Source: Octopus bimaculoides
Taxonomy: Eukaryota
Reading direction: 5' to 3'
Assembly (NCBI RefSeq): GCF_001194135.2
Contig: NC_068981.1
Location: 64,011,678-64,067,249, forward strand
DNA: 55,572 nucleotides
A program made the translations under genes and the position numbers. The notes below the pieces were generated by a model. It searched no databases and was not told where the DNA came from. It saw only the letters and a program-made list of their open reading frames with translations. Positions within the stretch are counted from its first letter, which is position 1; every line of letters begins with the position of its first letter. Below, piece by piece: positions 11,131-23,616 of the stretch.

Positions 11131-14100
11131 TTATATGTTTATGTACATGTGTGTGTGTGTGTGTGTGTATATCAATAATAACATAAATGGACTGGCTGAT
11201 GTTCACTGCAGCTATTTCTGACGTGTTTTGTTGTTGATGACAAAAACCAACTACATCATGGAAGGACAAATCCATATATGCTTTAATAAGTACGTGAGTG
11301 CGTTATACTCTCTTGACACACGCGTATATGCTGCCGTCGACACTACCTTGATGTCTTTGTTATTAAAGTACTTTGATTCTATCGGATCCTGCTACTTGTA
11401 TATATATATATATATATATATNNNNNNNNNNNNNNNNNNNNNNNNNNNNNNNNNNNNNNNNNNNNNNNNNNNNNNNNNNNNNNNNNNNNNNNNNNNNNNN
11501 NNNNNNNNNNNNNNNNNNNNNNNNNNNNNNNNNNNNNNNNNNNNNNNNNNNNNNNNNNNNNNNNNNNNNNNNNNNNNNNNNNNNNNNNNNNNNNNNNNNN
11601 NNNNNNNNNNNNNNNNNNNNNNNNNNNNNNNNNNNNNNNNNNNNNNNNNNNNNNNNNNNNNNNNNNNNNNNNNNNNNNNNNNNNNNNNNNNNNNNNNNNN
11701 NNNNNNNNNNNNNNNNNNNNNNNNNNNNNNNNNNNNNNNNNNNNNNNNNNNNNNNNNNNNNNNNNNNNNNNNNNNNNNNNNNNNNNNNNNNNNNNNNNNN
11801 NNNNNNNNNNNNNNNNNNNNNNNNNNNNNNNNNNNNNNNNNNNNNNNNNNNNNNNNNNNNNNNNNNNNNNNNNNNNNNNNNNNNNNNNNNNNNNNNNNNN
11901 NNNNNNNNNNNNNNNNNNNNNNNNNNNNNNNNNNNNNNNNNNNNNNNNNNNNNNNNNNNNNNNNNNNNNNNNNNNNNNNNNNNNNNNNNNNNNNNNNNNN
12001 NNNNNNNNNNNNNNNNNNNNNNNNNNNNNNNNNNNNNNNNNNNNNNNNNNNNNNNNNNNNNNNNNNNNNNNNNNNNNNNNNNNNNNNNNNNNNNNNNNNN
12101 NNNNNNNNNNNNNNNNNNNNNNNNNNNNNNNNNNNNNNNNNNNNNNNNNNNNNNNNNNNNNNNNNNNNNNNTTCCGATCTTATACAAGTTGTCCTTCGTC
12201 GAGTACTCTGACGAAAGTTAGCGGGCCGAATCTTCGAAGTTACTGCCACCAACCTTTTTGCAAAAGTATAATAAATATGTACAGTAGAAAAAGTATTGAG
12301 TAATTCTTCAGTTTAATGTTAAATTGTTTATACTAAAACTAGTCATACAAACACTGATGTGTGTGTGTGTGAGTGTGTGTGTGTGTGAGTGTGTGTGTGT
12401 GTGTGGTCCTTTCTCCATCCACCACCTAGAGAACCTCTTTCTAGTAGTAATTCTTTTCTTCGATAGTGAATCATTTCCACGGATACCGAGACTTTATGGA
12501 TATCGAGACACCGATACATATGTCATGCAACCATCAAAGCCCTTCATCAAAACACGTTTGTCTAAACACGGAATGCTTTCCTTCAGATCTTCCGAATGTT
12601 ATGCCGTTTCGAGCCCGACAAATCTGATCAAGTAGGACCAGACGATTTATGATTAGTTCATTTATGATTAGATTTTGGGGATGTTTGGCTGTTTCTTGTT
12701 GGTTGAGCGAGTAAATAGAATCTCTTTCGGTCGCTCGAGTTGTTGTTCAACCATAGGTTTAATCTGATAATGCAGAATTACGAATGAAACGTTGGAGCCT
12801 CTTATTTTCAGGCTATATTTCCTATGCTACGTTGTCCATTGTGTCATTCTAGGGTTTTTTAAATAGTAAATGTGTGTCTCGAGAAGGATTTGTATGCTAA
12901 TTATTAAAAGCTTCGCGACTATATGAGGGCTCTTTAATTGGCTTGAAAAAGAAGAATTGCATCCCGCGTAGAACCTCGTGCTCTCCCGACTGAGTTACCC
13001 ATCATTATTTCGTTTGTTTTACAGTGTAGCCAGATGCACTCTTATGACACTTATGCTATTACAACTAAATTTAGACTTAAAATTAACAAAGCCCTGCATC
13101 TTGCTAGAGAACCATATGAAGTCGTACATATATATACGATATATAGTCTCTTTTCTGCTGTCTTTGAGTATTAGAACCATCACCGCATTAATTTAGTTAA
13201 TTTCACCTTCCAGATTTCCGTCCTCTTCAGATATCCGAAGTTGATGAAATATAAATGTTTCCATGAATTCCTAATCTAGAGGACGTGAACACATATAACT
13301 TACAAGTCATCCGTTCATTTTAAAACTCCAAGGACCCCTCAAAGATACGCAATAATTTGTTATTGAACTAACTAGTCATGTACTAGAATCGATTCAGCGA
13401 TCTATATTGCGCGTTTCTGTGCATATTTGACTTACTAATGCAACAAACCATTATTACTAGATGGAACATGGAACTTCTTTGTTTTAAATAAACTTTCAAA
13501 TGTGATGGAAAGTAATGTTATTTATGGTTGTTGCTGTTGTTGTTGTTGTTGTTGTTGTTGTTTTTGTTGCTTTGTTGTTTGTGGTGGTGTTTGTTGTGAT
13601 GGTTTTGGCAAGTGTCGTGATGGTGTTGGTTGTGTTGTTGGAGAGCGTGACGGCTAACTAAAAAGTGGCAGATAGCTGTGGAAAATGCTGAAATGAAAGT
13701 AAGTCCATTTGACATCCAGCATGAAAGTAAGCACAGATGATCAGTCAATAAGTCATTCAGTCATTCAGCCATTCTTTCACTCATTCATTCATAAATTCGT
13801 TCAGTTATTTAGTTATTTATTCATTTCAGCCATTTATCCATTCCCTTTTCTGTGTCGGCTGCTCCTTCCAATTTTTAACTTGATTGGCACGTCAGCTTAC
13901 TTCGAACAAAAGAAAACGAAAACATATTAAAAAGACAGAGAAATATCATCATCATCATCATCATCATGAATATAAGCGTTATTGTTGCTGCAGTAATAGT
14001 AATAGCTGTTGTTGTTACTGTTGTCATTATTGTTGTAGTTACTATTGCCAGCAACCATGTTTTATTGTTCTTTCCAAATGCATTTTAAGTGACAGAAATT

Positions 14101-14724
14101 AGTGAATTCGGAGTTGAATGAAAGTGAAAGTAGAATGGAATGGACTGGGGGAACGGAGAGTACGGTGGCTGAGGAACTAGTTTAGTTTGGATGTAAGTTG
14201 TAAATGCTGTTGTTGGTGGTAGTTATCGTTATTGTTGATGGTAGTAATGCTGTTGCTGTAGGAGGTGGAGTAGATGGTGATGGTGAAAGAGTGATGGTAG
14301 TGGTGATGGTAGTAGTATTTAAGGTGGTGTTGTTACTGATGATTATTGTAACTGCTATTTGTCATAGGTATTACAAAATGTTTTTCCTCCTCTGTCAAAA
14401 GTACTGTTGTTTTAGCTGTTGTAATCGTCAGTCATTTTTTAGCACCACATCGAACCTTATTGAGGAGTCATAAGATGAAAGCCGTTCTAGCTGTGACCAT
14501 CCTGTCTTTTATACATCGTAGACTGCATTGTTCAAGGTGTCTTTTATTTCAGACAGCAGATTAACTGTAACACAAACAAATGCATAGAGGTTAATTTGTT
14601 GGCTCATGATGGTAGAGATGTTGAAGGTAGTGGGGACAGTAGTAATCGTGGTGTTAGTCTTGGAATTGGTGGTAATCGTGGCGGTAGTTGATGTGCTGTG
14701 TGTTGTGTCAGTGCTTTTATTATT

Positions 14725-14939
14725 GGCTTCAAATTTTTTGGCACAAGGCCAGCAATTTCGAGGGAGTGGGTAAGTTAACTACATCGATCTCAGTGATCAA
14801 CTGGCATTTATTTTATCGATACCAAAAGAATGGAAAGCAAAACTGACCTCGATAGAATTTGAACCCAGAGCCTGAGGACGGACGAAATGCTGGTAAGAAT
14901 TTTGCCCGGATTGCTAACGATTCTGCCAGCTCTCCGTCT
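14725..14939 (-). mobile_element. SINE family E with perfect 17-bp TSD
   Basis: TSD TCAGTGCTTTTATTATT at 14708-14724 and 14940-14956. Confidence 0.9.
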
Positions 14940-14968
14940 TCAGTGCTTTTATTATTAACACTCAACAC

Positions 14969-15212
14969 AAGGCGGCGAGCTCGCCGAATCACTAGCAAGC
15001 TGGACAAAATGCTAAATGTGCTTCGTAGGTCTGTTCTGTATTCAAATCCCTCCGAGGTCGACTTTGCTTTTCATCTTTTCGGTGTCGATGAAATAAGAGC
15101 CAGTTGAGCACGAGATCGGTGAATTAAAAAGAAGTTGACCTCCGGCGTCGATGTAATGGACCAGCGGTCTTCCCTTGAAAAAAATTTCGGCCCATGACTT
15201 TATGATTAGTAA
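14969..15212 (+). mobile_element. SINE family E (diverged)
   Basis: AAGGCGGCGAGCTCGCCGAATC head; CCGAGGTCGACTTTGCTTTTCATC body. Confidence 0.8.
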
Positions 15213-15547
15213 AACTCAACATTTAAAAAAACGTATTTTCGAAAAGCTGTTACTCGATTTTAATCGCATGAAAGAGATGATGATTCATTGTTTCGCATAT
15301 AAATTTCTTTATATTTCTAAAATATTATGGTTTTATGCTCTATTAATTGTATTAATTAGACTGTTTTTCTAATATTCGATGATATTTAAAAAAAAAAAAT
15401 TAACTCTCGAATCATAGAGCATATTATCGAATACTTAAGAAGTACAGACAAATTTAAATGTGAAACAATACAAAATATAATCTATTTTCTATTCCCTATG
15501 TTGTTTGAAATAAGGGACTAACTTTGTAAAGATATGATCTTTTAAAT

Positions 15548-15801
15548 CAGTGGTTTTCAACCAGGGTCCATGAGGACCGTGTGAGTCCATATAAGATTTA
15601 GTTTTTAAAATTTGTCTGCAATAAATTGGATATATTTCTACAATACACAAAATATATTAACAATTTTTTAAATATAATTCCTAATAATATTTAATTATAA
15701 AATTATATTAGGAATTTTAAAAGTGAAATAGCGACGAGGGTCCATCCGAATAAAATAGGGATCAAGGTGGTCCATAAGTGAAAAATAGTTGAGAAGCACT
15801 G
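15548..15801. mobile_element. hAT-superfamily MITE, 254 bp
   Basis: TIRs CAGTGGTTTTCAAC / GTTGAGAAGCACTG (12/14); 8-bp TSD TTTTAAAT (15540-15547) vs TTTTACAT (15802-15809), fitting the NTNTANAN target of Charlie-type hAT elements. Confidence 0.85.
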
Positions 15802-15976
15802 TTTTACATGAACAAATCTAATGACGATACCTTCTCAAATATACCGCTTACATTTCCCGTGAAATATTATTTTCTCTTTGTATTGCTATAGACACAAGTT
15901 GAGCATGGTAAGTAAATATGACTTGATATCAATATGTAAAAATTCAACTGCTCCTGCACAATATTCATCTGCCTAA

Positions 15977-16490
15977 GGCGGCGAGCTGGCAGAAACGTTA
16001 GCACGCCGGGCGAAATGCTTTGTCTGTCCTTGTTTGTTCCCTCTATGTTTAGCCCCTTGTGGGCAATAAAGAACTAAGAAGCATTAGCACGCCGGGCGAA
16101 ATGCTTAGCGGTATTTCGTTTGTCTTTACGTTCTGAGTTCAAATTCCGCCGAGGTCGACTTTGCTATTCATCCTTTCGGGGTCGATTAAATAAGTACCAG
16201 TTACGCACTGGGGTCAATATAATCGACTTAATCCGTTTGTTTGTCCTTGTTTGTCTCCTCTGAGTGTAGCCCCTTGTGGGCAATAAAGAAATAAGAAATG
16301 TTAGCACGCCGGGAGAAATGTTTAGCAGTATTTCGTCCGTCTTTACGTTCTGAGTTCAAATTCCGACGAGGTCGACATTGCCTGTCATCCTTCAGGGGTC
16401 AATTAATTAAGTACCAATTGTGTACTGGGGTCGATCTAATCGATAGGCCCACTCCCCCCAAATTTCAGGCCTTGTGCCTGGAGTAGAACA
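15977..16490 (+). mobile_element. Concatemeric SINE family E (one head plus three head-to-tail units) inside a single 17-bp TSD
   Basis: TTAGCACGCCGGG restarts at 15998, 16084 and 16301; TSD AATATTCATCT(G/T)CCTAA at 15960-15976 and 16491-16507 (16/17). Confidence 0.88.
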
Positions 16491-16797
16491 GAATATTCAT
16501 CTTCCTAATTCACTTCAAACCATGAGAACAGTTACTTGGTAAGTGTGAGCAATATTGAAATACAACACCGACTTTACGGTGACTGGTCGTTCGGAACTTC
16601 TTATAATCAGCATTAATTTTTGTGCAGGAACTTCAAATTTCCGCGCCTGTCAGACTAATTTACACAGTAGAATAATTAATAAACTTCTATCATTTATGCA
16701 AATGTGCAGGTATTTGCATTTCCTTTAATTATTTTATTTTTTAATTCTTTTACTTGCAGTTCTATATTTAAGAGATGAGGAATTATGTACATTATTT

Positions 16798-16919
16798 ACA
16801 TTATTTACATTTGACCGATATTTGTCCTCGTCTTGTTTGTTGTTAACTGCTGGCTTGAATTCTCCAAGTGTTAACAACAAACAAGATGAGAACAAATATA
16901 CGTCAAATGTAAATAATGT
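16798..16919. repeat. 50-bp inverted repeat (46/50) with 22-nt loop
   Basis: Arms 16798-16847 and 16870-16919. Confidence 0.92.
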
Positions 16920-17270
16920 TCTTTTACTTGTTTCAGTCATTTTACTGCAGCCATGCTGGAGCACCGCCTTGAATGGTTTTAGTCGAACAAATCGACATCA
17001 AAACTTATTAAGTTAAACCTAGTATTTATTGTATCGGTAATTTTTTGCCGAACCGCTAACTTACGGGGACGTAAACACACCAACACAAGTTGTCAAGCGG
17101 TGATGGAAGGACACAAACACAGACACAAAACACACACATACGACGGGTTTCTTTCAATTTCCGTCTACGAAATTCACTCACAATGCTTTGGTTGGTCCAA
17201 AGTATCACGCAGTGGGACTGAACCGGGAACCACGTGGTTGGGAAGCAAGCTTCTTACCACACAGCCACGC
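16920..17270 (-). mobile_element. SINE family A/B, near full length, with a deletion in the 5' half
   Basis: Tail CTTTTACTTGTTTCAGTC through head ...CTTACCACACAGCCACGC. Confidence 0.88.
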
Positions 17271-17340
17271 TATTAAATTTCATATTTGTTTAATTCAGAG
17301 TGTGTTGACCAAAGTGAAAACCTAGTTCGGAAAAATAAAT

Positions 17341-17792
17341 AATCTTGAAAAGATTTGGAACCAAAATTTCCAGAGAATCGATTTTGTATCTGTATTATTC
17401 TGTCAGAGATGTTATACAGAAGATGATGCAAACTGGATCTATAGCATGGATGAAGCAACTGGCTTGAATTCTTCGAGAAGCTAAGAAACTGCTTTGCATC
17501 ATTTATACTAGCAAATCCACAGGAATTTGGACTCATTCATCAGGACAACATGAACCTGAAAATTAAGCAGAACGGATCCCACCTCCCAGGGTTTACTTCT
17601 GTCAAGTACAACCCAGAGCTGATCCTTATTCTAAATACTGTACAGTCAACGGCTGGCAAGGGTCTTGAACAGTGTGTATTGATAGCAGCTGCCTGTTCAG
17701 TCGATAGATTCTGTAGTGGAATTGAGAAAGAAAGAGTTAATGAAAATTACTTTCCACAAGGGTCAAGGAATATTAATTCACCAAATGTTTAA
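17341..17792 (+). pseudogene. Unidentified coding-like remnant (about 150 codons, one inferred 1-nt frameshift)
   Basis: Non-repetitive. The frame NLEKIWNQ...FCQRCYTEDDANWIYSMDEA joins NWLEFFEKLRNCFASFILANPQEFGLIHQDNMNLKIKQNGSHLPGFTSVKYNPEL... if one A is restored near 17457. Family not recognised. Confidence 0.3.
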
Positions 17793-18905
17793 TGGACATA
17801 CGCAGATTGCGGAGAAATGTGCATAGACAAATACACACACGCACGCACGCGCACACACATACACGCGCGCGCGCACACACACACATATATATATAAACAT
17901 ATACATACATAGATAAACATAGAAACATGTATGCTTGTCTATATATGTGTAGGTATATAATTCTGCATGTTAAATAAAAATACTGTGATTAAAGCATCTG
18001 CTGTTCCGCCACGGACTCTAGCTAATCCTTGGAACCAACATCATTATCCTCATCAACATCATTGTCATATACTAATTCCAAACCTTACATGATATATATA
18101 TGTGAGTGTGTGTGTGTGTGTATGTATGTATGTATATACATATACATGTGTGAGTGTAAGTTGTATTTGCGAAAGCGTGTGTTTCTGTGTATGTATGCGA
18201 GTTTCAGTCCCGTTTATTTTATTAGGTTCAATTTGCTTTTTTTTCTACACCCATGAAACATATTTCATAGCAGCAAATCTGATTGCTATGATAGGATTAG
18301 TTGTTTATATCCTAAATCTGCCTGATGCCTCAGACAATCTTCAATAGTAAAGACATCATCTTTAATCTAACAAATAATTTATACACACTTTTGATTTTTG
18401 GGGAATTTTATTAATTTGTTTTCTTATTATTTTTATCGCATGTATATATAGATGTGTGTGAGTGTGTGTATGTGTTGTTGTTTTGTACGTTTTGTTATTT
18501 ATTGGGTTGGTTTCTTTTTATGTTATGTTGTTCATGGTTTTTGTTTCTTTAGTATTTAATATTTCTGTGTTGTTTACATATTTTTTAATATTTTTGTTGC
18601 TTTTGAACGTCCTTTGTTAAAAGTAAAGCAGAAGTAGAAAAGGAGGAAAAAGAAGACAAAGAACAAGAACAAGAACAACATAAGGAAGAAATTGGAGGAG
18701 GAGAAAATGAAGGAAAGGAAGGAAATGAAGAAGATAAAGAAGAAAAAGAAGATATACATACATATATGTCCTTTCATCTTAGTTTCTTCTTTAATTGTTC
18801 GTTGCATTTTGTTTGTATATATATATATGTGTGTGTGTGTGTGCGTATTTGTGTGTGTGTGTGTAAATATGCATACATGTATATATACGCATATAAGCGT
18901 GTATA

Positions 18906-18936
<31 letters not shown>

Positions 18937-20540
18937 NNNNNNNNNNNNNNNNNNNNNNNNNNNNNNNNNNNNNNNNNNNNNNNNNNNNNNNNNNNNNNNN
19001 NNNNNNNNNNNNNNNNNNNNNNNNNNNNNNNNNNNNNNNNNNNNNNNNNNNNNNNNNNNNNNNNNNNNNNNNNNNNNNNNNNNNNNNNNNNNNNNNNNNN
19101 NNNNNNNNNNNNNNNNNNNNNNNNNNNNNNNNNNNNNNNNNNNNNNNNNNNNNNNNNNNNNNNNNNNNNNNNNNNNNNNNNNNNNNNNNNNNNNNNNNNN
19201 NNNNNNNNNNNNNNNNNNNNNNNNNNNNNNNNNNNNNNNNNNNNNNNNNNNNNNNNNNNNNNNNNNNNNNNNNNNNNNNNNNNNNNNNNNNNNNNNNNNN
19301 NNNNNNNNNNNNNNNNNNNNNNNNNNNNNNNNNNNNNNNNNNNNNNNNNNNNNNNNNNNNNNNNNNNNNNNNNNNNNNNNNNNNNNNNNNNNNNNNNNNN
19401 NNNNNNNNNNNNNNNNNNNNNNNNNNNNNNNNNNNNNNNNNNNNNNNNNNNNNNNNNNNNNNNNNNNNNNNNNNNNNNNNNNNNNNNNNNNNNNNNNNNN
19501 NNNNNNNNNNNNNNNNNNNNNNNNNNNNNNNNNNNNNNNNNNNNNNNNNNNNNNNNNNNNNNNNNNNNNNNNNNNNNNNNNNNNNNNNNNNNNNNNNNNN
19601 NNNNNNNNNNNNNNNNNNNNNNNNNNNNNNNNNNNNNNNNNNNNNNNNNNNNNNNTATATATACATATGTATATATATATCTGTCTTTGTATCTGATAGA
19701 AAGACAGACAGATAGATAGATAGATAGATACATACATACATACATACATACATACATACATACATAGAGCAGGAGACGAGTGTATATAAACGGTTGATTG
19801 AATGCACTGATATATATATAAGCACAAATATTAATTTTACTATTCACAAATGACATCGGTTATTTCTTTCGCTTCATCAACCCTGAAGTGCATAATAAGC
19901 TTCGAACTAATATATTCTGATCCTTCTGGCAAAAAATTAGTAATATAAGTATCGTCATCATTGTCAAACGTTTCTCTCTATATTTCAGTTCTTACCTCCG
20001 CCCATTCATCTCCTGGCCTTATTTGTTTTAAGGTACTCTGATCCTATTCAGAGTAATAAAAGAGCAAATATATAGGAAAAAGAATACAAGAAAGAAACAT
20101 ATAACCATCGTCCCTTTGGTTATGGGCGCAGCTTCAATAACAATCATATATACATATATATATATATANNNNNNNNNNNNNNNNNNNNNNNNNNNNNNNN
20201 NNNNNNNNNNNNNNNNNNNNNNNNNNNNNNNNNNNNNNNNNNNNNNNNNNNNNNNNNNNNNNNNNNNNNNNNNNNNNNNNNNNNNNNNNNNNNNNNNNNN
20301 NNNNNNNNNNNNNNNNNNNNNNNNNNNNNNNNNNNNNNNNNNNNNNNNNNNNNNNNNNNNNNNNNNNNNNNNNNNNNNNNNNNNNNNNNNNNNNNNNNNN
20401 NNNNNNNNNNNNNNNNNNNNNNNNNNNNNNNNNNNNNNNNNNNNNNNNNNNNNNNNNNNGATCAAGAGGAAAAAAAAATTTTAAAAAAACGGAGAGAGAA
20501 AACCTGTGCAGAGTTCAGTGGTTTAGCATACCGAAGTATA

Positions 20541-20589
<49 letters not shown>

Positions 20590-20680
20590 GATTAGAAGTT
20601 GTGCTAACATCATGAAGGGATGGTTTCACTCAAGGGAATACTGGTTCAATACCTAGTATTTCGGGAGAATTAATTTCCTT

Positions 20681-21034
20681 AAAAGAAAAAGAAAATAGAG
20701 ATTGAGAAGTTAATAACTGTTTATCATTAACAACAAATTAATCATCATCCCTTACAGCTGTTTCAATTAATACTCAGTAAATGTTAAGTAAATATTAAAT
20801 TTATATGACTTGAGCGTAATATATTCACAGGGGAAAAATATACCCCTGGATGTTTTATGTGTTTATGGATCCATTATAGCAAGCTGATGATATTATGTCC
20901 AGGTCATGTAAACGTAATATTTACTTAATATTTACTGAATATTGATTGAAACAGCTGTAAGGGATGATGGTTGATTTGTTGTTGTTAATATACAATTATT
21001 AACTTCGCAATCTCAACTTTAGTTTTCTTCTTTT
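20681..21034. repeat. Fold-back element: about 140-bp imperfect inverted arms with a 67-nt spacer, within a segment bounded by TA-repeat tracts
   Basis: Arms 20681-20822 and 20890-21034; perfect 25-bp core CATCATCCCTTACAGCTGTTTCAAT (20743-20767) / 20945-20969. Confidence 0.9.
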
Positions 21035-21845
21035 ATATTAATATAAACTATGGTTATATATACATATATANNNNNNNNNNNNNNNNNNNNNNNNNNNNNN
21101 NNNNNNNNNNNNNNNNNNNNNNNNNNNNNNNNNNNNNNNNNNNNNNNNNNNNNNNNNNNNNNNNNNNNNNNNNNNNNNNNNNNNNNNNNNNNNNNNNNNN
21201 NNNNNNNNNNNNNNNNNNNNNNNNNNNNNNNNNNNNNNNNNNNNNNNNNNNNNNNNNNNNNNNNNNNNNNNNNNNNNNNNNNNNNNNNNNNNNNNNNNNN
21301 NNNNNNNNNNNNNNNNNNNNNNNNNNNNNNNNNNNNNNNNNNNNNNNNNNNNNNNNNNNNNNNNNNNNNNNNNNNNNNNNNNNNNNNNNNNNNNNNNNNN
21401 NNNNNNNNNNNNNNNNNNNNNNNNNNNNNNNNNNNNNNNNNNNNNNNNNNNNNNNNNNNNNNNNNNNNNNNNNNNNNNNNNNNNNNNNNNNNNNNNNNNN
21501 NNNNNNNNNNNNNNNNNNNNNNNNNNNNNNNNNNNNNNNNNNNNNNNNNNNNNNNNNNNNNNNNNNNNNNNNNNNNNNNNNNNNNNNNNNNNNNNNNNNN
21601 NNNNNNNNNNNNNNNNNNNNNNNNNNNNNNNNNNNNNNNNNNNNNNNNNNNNNNNNNNNNNNNNNNNNNNNNNNNNNNNNNNNNNNNNNNTATATATATA
21701 TATATATATGTATGTATGCATGTATATAGTCTTTCTCTTATTTATTGATGATTCCATTGTTCTCATTTTGTGGTTGGTTGTCATCGTCGCCGTCGTCGTC
21801 GTCATCATCATGAGAATTTTCATTTCTCCTTCTTTCCTTTCTTCT

Positions 21846-21937
21846 TCACCTTCTTCTTCTTCTTCTTCTTCTTCTTCCCCTCCTCCTCCTGCTCTTCCTC
21901 CTCCTCATCCTTCTTCTTCTTCTTCTTCTTCTTCTTC

Positions 21938-22005
<68 letters not shown>
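21846..22005. repeat. Compound (TTC)n/(TAT)n microsatellite
   Basis: Directly visible. Confidence 0.95.
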
Positions 22006-22224
22006 TTTTTCTTTCCTTTCTTTTTCACTTTCTTCTAAACCCCTCCCATATCGGTCTTCATTCACCCTCCTCCCCCTCCTCCTTATGCTGCCACTCCTCT
22101 ACTGCTACTGCTGCCAATAAATAAATATGTCACTTGTCGATTGAACAATATTTTCAATTGTTTTATCACAGCGACCACCACTGCCATCATCACCACCCCG
22201 ACCTCACCGCCACCATCACCACTC

Positions 22225-22246
22225 TTGCTACTACTACTACTACTAT

Positions 22247-22300
<54 letters not shown>

Positions 22301-22320
22301 AACGGCTACTACTACAACTA
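22225..22320. repeat. (CTA)n microsatellite
   Basis: Directly visible. Confidence 0.95.
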
Positions 22321-22454
22321 TTTTTCCAATGATTTTCCAGTCACTACTTTCGTCTTCCTCTGTTTTTCATGTATCGTTCATTTTGTTTTTGGCTGTTATT
22401 CATGTATTTTTTTTTTACTTTTGATATGAATTGAATGTTACTGTGCTGCCACTA

Positions 22455-22542
22455 ATGATGATGATGATGATGATGACGACGACGACGACTGCGATGACGA
22501 CGACGGCGTTGACGGAGACGAGGATAATGAAGATGGTGATAG

Positions 22543-22596
<54 letters not shown>

Positions 22597-22635
22597 CGAC
22601 GATGGTGGTGATGATGATGATGATGATACTGACGG

Positions 22636-22678
<43 letters not shown>

Positions 22679-22680
22679 GG

Positions 22681-22772
<92 letters not shown>

Positions 22773-22862
22773 GTGATGATAATGGTGATGATGATGGTGA
22801 TGATGATGATGATGATGATGATGATGGTGATGATGATGGGGATGATGATGATGATGATGATG

Positions 22863-22917
<55 letters not shown>

Positions 22918-22970
22918 CGGTGATGATGATGACGAGGTGGATGGAAAGCGATGACGACGATGGTAGCGAT
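22455..22970. repeat. Long (GAT)n trinucleotide array (about 0.5 kb)
   Basis: Directly visible; source of the poly-Met/poly-His ORFs. Confidence 0.95.
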
Positions 22971-23508
22971 GACGCTGGTTTTGCTGCTGATGATGATAAT
23001 AAATATTATTATTGTTGTTGTTATATTGCTAGTTGAGTTGTTTTTATTTTGTTTTTCTTTTTTGATGATTGTATTATTGAGTTTGCTCTTCCCGATCATC
23101 GCACTCGACCTCATCATCCTATTGTTTTCACTGTTACTGTACACCCCCCCACACACACAGACCTTCCCATCTCCTCTAAATATTTTCATTATAAATTTTA
23201 TTGGTTTTATCGATGATGACGACGATGATGATAATGATGGTGGTTGTGGAGGTGGTGGTAAAGGGTGCTTTCGATGCTGCTTCTACTGTGGTTTTTGCTG
23301 TGTAGCACAATGACATTTTGAAAACTTTTGCTTGTGATTTTTGTAAAGTTTATCTTTATAATTTCTCTTTTAAAATCTACAGATATAATGCGACGTGAGC
23401 AGTGATCAAGCTCAACTAAATTTCTTCTTGCCTGTTTTATTTCTAGTGAATGTCTACGATTTTAGTTTCACATCGTCGTTATAGTCGTCCTTATCATCAT
23501 CATCATCA

Positions 23509-23541
<33 letters not shown>

Positions 23542-23616
23542 TCGTCACCACCGTCATTGTTGCCTTCGTCCTTATCTTCCTCCTCCTCACCACCACCACC
23601 ACCACCATCACATTCT

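Noticed and set aside
12206-12640. Two faint hammerhead-like strings (12206 plus; about 12600-12635 minus)
   Set aside because: Each has several core mismatches and no convincing stem I; indistinguishable from chance by eye.
15998-16490. CRISPR-like or satellite array
   Set aside because: The repeated units are SINE bodies without unique spacers; eukaryotic context with no cas genes.
19884-19912. Hammerhead-like CTGAAG...GCTTCGAAC
   Set aside because: The apparent core overlaps the stem; no CUGANGA precedes the helix, and GAAA is GAAC.
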